Of a stretch of 64,000 nt of DNA, positions 25,035 to 34,380 are shown in pieces (position 1 is the stretch's first letter; each line of letters starts with the position of its first letter). The stretch is from Tubulanus polymorphus (lineage: Eukaryota; Animalia; Nemertea). Under the pieces are notes generated by a model. The model had not been told where the DNA came from and did no database searches. It saw only the letters and a program-made list of their open reading frames with translations. The DNA lies in NCBI RefSeq assembly GCF_964204645.1, contig NC_134034.1, forward strand, positions 4,934,914 to 4,998,913, read 5' to 3'. Both the position numbers and the translations under genes were made by a program.

Positions 25035-27348
25035 ATGGCCACAAATCAGCAAGTTTACGAGCACTTAGTCCATAACGCCGGTAAGATGAGTATGAATTTA
25101 GTAGTTGAAGGTTTTTTAGAGCTATATCCGATTTATAAACAGAGCCAAGAGCATTATAAGACATTATATCCTAGGTTAAAGAGAGTTCATACAAGAGCCC
25201 AGAGTTTTATTCGCAACCGCAAATGGCGTCCAAATGCGACCGAATCATTTTTACAATCGACTTTTCCTGTCACGCCCGGACCTTCGCGTGTAGAAACCAT
25301 GCAACAAGCTGCGACCACTTTACGTGAAGAGGCACTCACAGAGCGATGTATCAACATTAATACCGAAAATAAGTCTCTGAAGCGTAAACTGTGCAATGTG
25401 TAGGTCCAAAACTCATGTCTCGAAGAAAAAATATATTCAGTTCAAACCTTAAATGAGACATATCATCTAAGATTGCAAGAATTGACAGGTAAAATGGATG
25501 AACTAACAAAAAAAATATCCAATGGGGCTGAACTCTCTGCATCACTGACGTTGTTAAGAGCAGAACATGATACCCTCATAGAAAAATTTGACACGCTCTG
25601 CGCTGAACAACAAGCATCTGAACTGCAGACAACAAAGCGCCAGAAATTAGATAAAGACCTCATGAGTCGTAAAATAAAGAGGCGCGATGAAAAAATTAGA
25701 TCACTTGATAGAATAACAAAAGAAAATTTTAAAGAAAATAAGCAACTATCAAGCCAGATGCAAGAAATTGAAAGCGATTTGCAAGCGAAAATGGAACAGT
25801 TACAACTATCTGAGGTCCGTAACACCAATTTAAAAAGTGAAGTTAACCAGCTTAAGTCAAGAATCAGCCAGCTTAAATATCGTAACACCGTAAAAATATA
25901 AGAAGAGCGTAAAGAGACTGATTTAAAAAAAATTGAATTTGCAAATCGAACAAGCGGTTTTCAGTGATGTAAAAAACCAAGTCCTTCTCGCTGGGTGCCG
26001 TGCATTAGGCATCATTGATAAGGTAATCACTGGGCCATTCTGGAGAATCCTAAATGAAGCAAACAACGTCCTCGACATGAATCACCATCTCCTACAAATG
26101 AAATCAAAATTAATTGATTGGTGTGAAGACAGGCAGCCAATAATGCAGGGTGACATAATGTTTCCAGATGCAGAGATACACAAAGACGCATTGTATGATT
26201 CACTTTTCAAGCAAACGACAAGTCAGGAATTTGAATGTCTCACCCAACAAGCACTGGAGCTGTTAATGCACGGATTGCTATTAATCCTCGAACGACAAGC
26301 GCAGGATCAGCTTCCAGGTGGAAAATACTTCAATCCTGATGAAACGACGAAGGCGTCATACACGAATGTCCCGACCAGCAATGTGATCTCTGAGCGTGAC
26401 TTCGCAATCTTGGATTTACTAATCCGAATCAAACCAGCAAGCAACCCAGAATCTCTCGAAACGCTGACCCTGTGGATGAACAACAGAACATCAAACTGGC
26501 TAGAAAAAAAAATTTAGACGATAGGTCAGCATTATTTAAAAAAGCCAGATCAAGCGTTGATGTAATGAAAAAAAAATTTAAAGAGAGACGGGAAGCCATT
26601 CGGAGTCATAAGTCATCCCTGCTACTGGCCAAACAACAAGAAAAAGTGAAAGCCGAGGAGAGAGTGCAAACAAAAAAAAATTAAGGCTACCAACAACTTA
26701 GCCGAATTTGGTGCGGTATGGGTCAGTTCTAGTATAGTCCGAGAAGAACTCGACAAACTTGAGCCAGCACTTCGAAAAAAAACCATCCTGTATCAGATAA
26801 ATTTCCATAAACAGGTCCTTCACTCTAAAGGTGACAAAGAATTGTTCTATCAGTCGAGAACAATTAATGGCCAAAGAATTGTTTTCAGTGAACAACAATT
26901 GCTGAGCAATCTCCTGGAAATTATCCGATTAAATCCAGTACAATTAGAGGACAGTGAAATAAGCCCAGACACCGAAAACCAGGTAAGAATCAAACCAACA
27001 TCAGCTCGTCAAGTATCACACGAAGCACAGAAAAAGAAATTAGCCGAGAAACTCATGCAAGCACGTGACAAGCGGAAAATAGCAAACCAAAAAAAGAAAT
27101 TGCCTTTTTATTCCGCTGATCCCCAGCTTCTTGTCGGCCTAAAAATTCAACATCCCTTCAAAGTGGATAGTGAGCTTGCTTGGTTTGATGGAGTTGTCAC
27201 TCAAATAGCCAGGTATCATGATGACCCCCTTAAAACATTATTTGTGGTCGAATATGATGATGATGACAACGACGATGAGGGTGACTGGGAATTTCCACTG
27301 CTGAAAGATCTAAGTATTGGTGACCTTATTGTACTGGATGGCGACTAA
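25035..27348 (+). pseudogene. hAT-type transposase of copy B with a ~1.07-kb internal deletion at ~25940
   Basis: Matches copy A except that the equivalent of A 9361-10431 (both catalytic Asp motifs and CxxH) is replaced by a short filler. SERDFA and the Spin/Ssty-like C-terminus are retained. Confidence 0.88.
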
Positions 27349-27997
27349 AGAAGTGCTGTCTATTTGTGTACCAATTCACGAATGTTTTTTTTTAATGAAA
27401 AATAGTCATTTAATTCTAGTCATATGAATTCTTTCCTTTCTAGTCAAATGAATGCTGGTCATTCTAGTCCATCAAATGCTGGTCATTCTAGTCAAATTAA
27501 TTCTAGTCAAAAGAATTCTATTTACATTCTCACTGTTCATATATATTATTTATCACTTTAGTTATTCATGCATTGCTAGTCATATCCATTTGCATGAATT
27601 TTGTTATTTCCTTTAACAATCAATTTTTTTTGCAGTAACTTATACATTTTCTTCATTTCAGAACCTAGATATTCTATAAATCATTATTATTTTTGCATGA
27701 TTTAATGTCACTGCTAACAACACATTCAGTCATATTTTATTTTCATATATAGGTTCAACTGTAGTGGCCCGGGTGTGGAGTATAAACTACCTAGAGTATG
27801 GTGGGCTCCCACCGTACTGCTCGGGCAGATTTGAAAAAAAATTTCTCTCTTTTAATTCTAGGTTCAACTGTAGTGGCCCGGGTGTGGAGTATAAACTACC
27901 TAGAGTATGGTGGGCTCCCACCGTACTGCTCGGGCAGATTTGAAAAAGAAAATCTCTTTGAATTCTAGGTTCATTTGTATTCATTTGAAAAAAAAAC

Positions 27998-28566
27998 TCG
28001 ATTTAATTGTGATTCGATTTCTTTTCTGTATCAATAAACAAATCAATTTTAGTAATTAATCAATTATCAATTTTACTCATTACATTCATTTTTGTGTTTA
28101 CTTGATCCATTAACAAAAGGCCTACATTTTTCGATTTAATTGTGATTCGATTTCTTTTATGTCAATAAAAAAATCAATATTAGTAATTAATCAATTATCA
28201 ATTCTACTCATTACATTAATTTTTTTGTGTTGACTTGATCCAATAACAAAAGGCCTACATTTTTCGATTTAATTGTGATTCGATTTCTTTTATGTCAATA
28301 AATAAATCAATTTTAGTAATTAATCAATTATCAATTTTATTCATTACATTCATTTTTTGTGTTTACTTGATCCTTTAACAAAAGGCTTACATTTTTCGAT
28401 TTAATTGTGATTCGATTTCTTTTATGTCAATAAATATATCAATTTTAGTAATTAATCAATTATCAATTTTATTCATTACATTCATTTTTTGAGTTTACTT
28501 GATCCTTTAACAAAAGGCCTACATTTTTCGATTTAATTGTGTTTCGATTTCTTTTATGTCAATAAA
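27998..28566. repeat. Internal minisatellite, ~132-bp unit x ~4.3 (x ~1.3 in copy A at 20788-20960)
   Basis: tcgatttaattgtgattcgatttctttt starts at 27998, 28131, 28264, 28396 and 28528. Confidence 0.9.
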
Positions 28567-29185
28567 TTAATTTCTAAGATTATTATTTATTCACTTTTTT
28601 AAAAATACTTGACTAATTAATTTCTTTCAAATATGGTTCGACCTGTGATACTGTGGTGTCCTGGGTGTAGAGTATAAACTACCTGGAGTATGGTGGGCGC
28701 CCACTGTACTGCTTGGGCCCTAAGTATCTTGATCTGGACCTGCCCTTATGTTTTTTCTTAAAAAATTCTGTGACTATTTTTGCAATGGGAATTTTTGCTT
28801 TTTCTATGTTCAGTGGCTGTGATAATAATGGATAGTTCTGTGAAATATGCTCTAATCAATACTTACCGTGCTCGCTGCTAATGCTATGGCCTTTTTTGAT
28901 GATTTTTGTATATCCCTAATTGTTGTATATTCCAAATTAAGTTAGATTTGTGTGTTATTGTTTTTAAAAGGAACCAAAAAACAAAAAAAAAATTGATATA
29001 ATTAGAAAAAACCCTCAAAAAATGTTATTTGAATTTAGTTGTTGTTTGATTATTTTATCGGGAGAACTTATTTGAGAAGCATAGGTTAGGTTAGCTTAGG
29101 ATAGGTTAAGTTAGGTGTACGGCGGCATATCCAGCAGCCTGTAATATCTGATGTTGATAATACCATTGGATATTACAGGTTGCTC

Positions 29186-29250
29186 GACATGTCTGCAACC
29201 ACTCAACTTAGATAGTTGCACTGATGAGTCCTCGAGGGACGAAACATGTC
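29186..29250 (+). ncRNA. Type III hammerhead ribozyme upstream of TatD (copy B)
   Basis: Identical to 21578-21642; GUC cleavage predicted after 29193. Confidence 0.93.
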
Positions 29251-29318
29251 AATAGTATTTATAAAATTCCTTCTTTTCTTTTTTAGGTCAGGAGCCCTTA
29301 GTTTAGACTGTTTGCATC

Positions 29319-30212
29319 ATGTATCGAGTCGTCAAATCGGGCTGGTGTGAATCTGTTTTAAACAGCGAAGAGTGTGTTCGCAGGCGGTGTGGAATGAGAC
29401 ATGTGGGCCGGCAGATGTGTCTATTTGACAGCCATTGTCATTTAGACATTCTGCAGACAAGGCACGGCTTGTCCTTGTCGGGGTGTAGCCTACCAAGCTG
29501 TTTCCGGGGCTGCGTTACTGTGTTCTGCCATCCTTCCAGGTATAAACTACTTGAGAAGTTGGTGGACCAGGACAATGTCTGGGCAGCCGTGGGTTTGCAC
29601 CCCAAGTGTGCGGATGGTTACCGTGAGGCGCTTCCTCGCATCAAGCGGATGCTGGAGGCCTCCCCAAAAGTGGTGGCTCTTGGGGAGTATGGCTTGGACT
29701 ACAGTGTTCCAAGGCCACGGAGGTGTGAACAGCGCGAGGTGTTCACGGAGTTGTGTCGCTTGGCCGTACGGAGGGGGAAGACTTTGGTTGTGCACACGAG
29801 GGAGAGTGATGCTGTACGTGACTGTTTTGCAATTATGCAACAGGAATTGCCACGCTCTCACCCGGTGCACATGCATTGTTTCCCGGAAGGATGGGTCTCT
29901 GCTAAGCCCTACCGAGATTATTTTACTAATTTGTGTTTTGGAGTTACAGGTATGGTAACGGACCCCCGGCGAAACTCAGGGGTTCGTGATCTAATCCGCA
30001 ATGTTTCTCTTCACAGGTTATTGCTAGAGACTGATGCGCCGTATTTGCCGCCGAAAACAATGCCGGACTACCGACTTACCCATCCTGGTCATGTTTTTTA
30101 CCAGGCTCTGGCTGTAGCTGACATAAAACAATTGTCAGTTACAGAAGTAGGAGTCCGTACATATGAAAACGCGGTAAAACTCTATGGTTTACCAGCACTT
30201 ACTGAACACTAG
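29319..30212 (+). CDS. tatD: TatD-family metal-dependent nuclease, 297 aa, intact and intronless ORF
   Basis: All TatD metal-ligand motifs are present: DSHCH, GLHP, GE(Y)GLDY, VHTRE, HCF and LLETDAPY, ending with TYENAVKLY. An in-frame stop upstream fixes the ATG. Confidence 0.95.
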   Translation: MYRVVKSGWCESVLNSEECVRRRCGMRHVGRQMCLFDSHCHLDILQTRHGLSLSGCSLPSCFRGCVTVFCHPSRYKLLEKLVDQDNVWAAVGLHPKCADGYREALPRIKRMLEASPKVVALGEYGLDYSVPRPRRCEQREVFTELCRLAVRRGKTLVVHTRESDAVRDCFAIMQQELPRSHPVHMHCFPEGWVSAKPYRDYFTNLCFGVTGMVTDPRRNSGVRDLIRNVSLHRLLLETDAPYLPPKTMPDYRLTHPGHVFYQALAVADIKQLSVTEVGVRTYENAVKLYGLPALTEH

Positions 30213-30398
30213 TTGAGTGGTGTAATGATGATTGTGCAAGAACAGATACTACTTTCAGGCGGCAGATATTTGAGTGTGCTCTATCTCTTAGCAAATGTAA
30301 TACATTAAAAATGGCTCAGGAATAAAGACAGGTGATCTCATCGATTAACTGTTTATTTCTGTTCCAGACGAGCCTCCTCCGATGATGGATTGAAATGT

Positions 30399-30483
30399 AT
30401 GCATGTATGTAGCTACTAATTTTACACTTTAGTTTTCTATTAGCGAGCTGCACTGATGATTCCTGGATGGATGAAACATGCAT
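30399..30483 (+). ncRNA. Type III hammerhead ribozyme downstream of TatD (copy B), U.U variant
   Basis: Same sequence as 22789-22873; GUA cleavage predicted after 30407. Confidence 0.8.
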
Positions 30484-32533
30484 TAGATCATTCCAGTTAA
30501 CATAAGCTGTAAAACCTGAAACGACTAAAAATATACATTAGTATATTAGATATCGTCAAAACACAGGCGTTATGGATTTTGGTCACGTGGTCACATTTCC
30601 CAATTTTAAAGAGGAATCTCAATGAATGTAAGGTAGACACATTCTTTATTAAACTTTAACTAAAACCGCCATAAGATTCTACTAACTAAATTCATGTTAA
30701 GGTAATGCCCAGTGAAAGGAAGATATTCAAATTCCGGTCGGTTTGATACCCATCATGACATAATTTGTTACGATTGCATCAAGCACATTGTTACCATGGC
30801 AACAATGAAGGCGGCCATTTTACTTTTTCAAAATGGCGGACACCCTTATCGTCCTGGCAACTTTTTATATCCTATCGGTTGTTATTGAATGAATTCTGGT
30901 TGATTTGATACCAATCATGGCATACTTTGCTACAAGTGGATTGAGGAATTATTGTCATGGTTACAATGTTGGCGGCCATTTTACTTTTTTTCAAAATGGC
31001 GGACACCATTGTTATCATGACAACTTTTTACCTCCCATCGGTTGATATTGAATCCATTCTGGTCGGTTTGATACCAATCATGGCAAACTTCATATCTAAT
31101 CACGTTATTGCCGCGTTTGGCAGCCATATTGGATTTCAATGTGGCCGCCGTTACTATTATATGGTTTCCACGGCAACACTTTTCTCTATTTTGTAAGATG
31201 TTATTATTTTTATGTCAGATCATGTATAATGATACTCTGGATCTGAAAATAACGGTAATATTGTCATTTTTCTCAATGTTGCATATTAATTGCTTAATTA
31301 ATTATGCAAATTAGACTAATTAACATAATGATTAATTAGTTTTAACATCATCATTTTAAATAAGACTTTGGTCCTTAGGTCCTCTGTGAATTTGGTAACC
31401 ATCGCATCAAAATTCCAAAAGATATAACCATTTACATATAAATATCCTATTTCATTCAGCTCAAAAACAGCCAATTTGGTCACCATTTGACCTCTTGACC
31501 TTTAGTTCATTTCTCATGAAGACTCTATGGCTGGAAAGTGTAAATTTCAGCCGACTAATTCTTTCATAACTTTTGAACCGCTTGACCGATTTTGGTTCTG
31601 TAAATTGCTATGATCTTATATTAAACCCTTCTTTCACATAGGCCTTTAAAATTGTTTCTGTAGTGTTTAGAAAATTTCCACTTGAAAACCCTAGGCTATG
31701 TTTATTTACCCCCTTCTTTCATTTAAGATATTAAAAAGACATATAGGACACAAGAAATCCCTACCCAAGGATGCCACTCTACCACCTAGTGGCTGATTTG
31801 GACATGTAAGAGCTTTCAATCTGAGAAGGTAGGTAATATTCGTTAAGTGCGTGAAAACCCCCGAACCTACCCTAAATAATATTGGGACAATTTGAATTTT
31901 TTATGGATATACCTACCAAAATCGGCCACCAATTAGTAAGCCTATGTGCGACAACTAAATCGGCCAAGCGTACGTGCGATCCCAAGTCTCAAAACTTCAG
32001 ATTTTAACTGGTTTTTCTTATTCGTCGACCAAAAAACCGCAGCCTCCATGGCCAGTTACAAACACGTGTGTGATCTCCGCGCCGACCCACCAGAAGAGAA
32101 AAAACATTATATCCAGTGTTTGGATGCGTGAACAATACTCACTGTTTGTGATAATTTGGATGGATGGTTCCATCGCAGGTGTGGGCATCCTCGCTTTCCA
32201 GGGGTCCGGTATCGCTCCCCGAACTCGCTTCCACCAGCCCCCTGGCCTCGCGACCCGTGATTTCATTACTGGCGCTGTTGCGCACGATGTCATATATCGA
32301 TTTGCGAAATACTTAATTGTTGGGTAAATCGTTCGCTGTTGGTCCATTTCACGGGAAACCAACAGATATCCGGGCGGCCATCCCCGCCAAAAAGACAAAC
32401 TTCCTGTGTTCGTGAAAATGACATCAATGCGTGATAATGTCAGTAGGTGGCGCTGTTAATCAGAAAGATAAACTCGTGTTTTCGTAAAAAAGACATCGAT
32501 GCATAAAAATATCTGTAGGTGGCGATACTAGGG

Positions 32534-32819
32534 CATAGTTGTAAACCGGAAATTAATTAATTTTAATGGATAAAATAAAATTAATTGAAATTGAATCAAG
32601 GTCGCGTGGAAGTTCGTGCTGCAGTGCACCTGTATCGAATATCGTGCTCACCGAATCTATTCTAGTCCTCAGTATCGTGCTCGCCGAATATAGCAGTATC
32701 TGTATCTGTATCTGATTTTGACTTATTTCATAAGAATTTTTATCCACACGACCTTGATTCAATTTCAATTAATTTTATTTCATCTATTAAAAGTAATTAA
32801 TTTCCGGTTTACAACTATG
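32534..32819. mobile_element. MITE-like element with ~70-bp inverted repeats
   Basis: catagttgtaaaccggaaattaatt...gaatcaaggtcg is mirrored by cgaccttgattc...tttccggtttacaactatg; no clear TSD. Confidence 0.7.
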
Positions 32820-33518
32820 AATTATTAGAATCAAATTGATGACCAATAGTATCCCAAACATGTGTAGCCACAAAACTTTGAGTTTTTGATTGATTAAAAT
32901 TATGTGGTAACCTTGGTTTCTCCCCCCCCCCCCCCCCATAATAAACTTTTGTCCCTATACATTTCTTCTCTGGTCAATATCACCTAGTTTTTATGTGAAA
33001 CAGTGCGTGTCGTTCTTGCTTGTATATATACTGTGTAATGCCATATTTTAGTCACTCTTGAAAATGATTTTAGCATAAAACCAAAAATTCGAGGTTTTAA
33101 TAAATGTTAATAGTTTTGATGTTTGAAAATCTTTTACGGTCCTGTGATCGTGGGACTTACCTTTCAATATCCGATGATAACGAGATATTGATAACGAGAG
33201 AAAGATGATAACGAGAGACGATGATAACGAGAGAAATCCCACAATAAATTCAGCCAAAACGAGCAACTTGAATAGAAGATTATATATATTTGCGCAACGT
33301 TACGGCTAAAGACTGTTAGCTATCATCAAGAGTACTGAGAACAGGAGAATATTACAAGATATTTATACAAGACCAAAACAATAGAAACAGAGTGAATGAT
33401 TAGAATGTTGAAAGGGGAATAGAACTATCAGAACTTTACTATTGTTTCCAGCTGTTATGCCATTTCTTCAATCTATCCCCCTTTCAACATTTTAATCACT
33501 TTGATTTCAACTTTAACG

Positions 33519-34380
33519 TGTGGGAGAACGAACTCTAAAACAGGTATCAGTGGATAATTGCTGCAGTAAATGAAATCACTGAGAGAGAAAATGATATGAT
33601 AGTTAGCGTAAGATGAACTGCGAAATTTGCGTAGCATTATCCAGAAAGAATAAAGCTATTCCAAATGTTCCAAGCAGGAACAAGATAGGCTGAGTGACAA
33701 GTGACACAGCAAGCAAGGTATGTCCCAGACATGTTCCTTACGGACATGAGAACGATGTAACTGTGATATGTTTGACCGATCTGCATCTAAGTAGAATTCA
33801 TGATTCACGATAATAACTGCTGAATATGTGGATTGACTGTGCCAATAGACCGACGTGAATTAAAGGCCATTTCTTATTCAATAAAGCTTACAATTTATTG
33901 TTCGCATCAAATGGAAAAAAATCATTTCTCAGAAAGCTAAAATAATTTCCACAGATTTATTAAAGTTTATTATTGTGGTAATAAATATGAATGTAACTTA
34001 ATCCCAGCAAATAAATGTTCTCTGTATTCGAATCGTAAACTGTGAAAAAATAAATTCTTAGAATTCTTAAACATGAAAGTTTAATGTTGTACCGTATTTG
34101 AAATAAATGTAACTAAATTCAAATTGGATGTTTATTGTATAAGAATTTGTAAAAGGTGAAATATCTTGTACGTTGTAAAACATCTGGCGCAAGTCCAGTA
34201 TAAGACATTATAGTGCGTGTGTAGAGTTACACTGCGTTATTCGGTTAGTGTTCACGCCAGTTGACCGTAGACAGCCGACACCTAAAGTAAACTACGAGAA
34301 CAGGTGGCAACCTGTGAACCCGTAGACAGCCGACACCTTAAGTAAACTACGAGAACAGATGGCAACCTGTGAACCCGTCA
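33519..34380 (+). mobile_element. Possible orphan LTR (TG...CA, 33519-34182) with PBS-like tggcgc and a leader containing a ~55-bp tandem duplication
   Basis: tgtggg...aataaa...aaaaca-tc-tggcgc; ccgtagacagccgacacct...ctgtgaac repeated twice at 34265-34375. No coding support. Confidence 0.35.

Larger units (their letters stand above)
24256..31693 (+). mobile_element. hATw-like DNA transposon copy B (7438 bp; internally deleted transposase, intact TatD cassette)
   Basis: TIRs tagggttttca / tgaaaacccta; 7-bp TSD ggctatg at 24249-24255 and 31694-31700. Confidence 0.93.
1873..31763 (+). mobile_element. Outer, older hATw-like element O; 5' end missing; interrupted by copies A and B
   Basis: Transposase remnant at 1873-3860. 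Segments 4900-5316, 24093-24255 and 31701-31763 join into a 3' subterminus resembling that of A/B (ataacttttgaaccgcttgacc...ctgtaaattgct...cccttctttca) and end in gaaatcccta at 31763. No matching left TIR was found, so the left boundary is approximate. Confidence 0.65.

Noticed and set aside
29319-30212. TatD as bacterial contamination
   Set aside because: It lies within TIR/TSD-bounded eukaryotic transposons twice, is preceded by a spliceosomal acceptor, and the contig carries spliced animal genes.
24256-31693. Copy B as an assembly artefact or tandem segmental duplication of copy A
   Set aside because: Each copy has its own distinct 7-bp TSD, private indels and private nested insertions.
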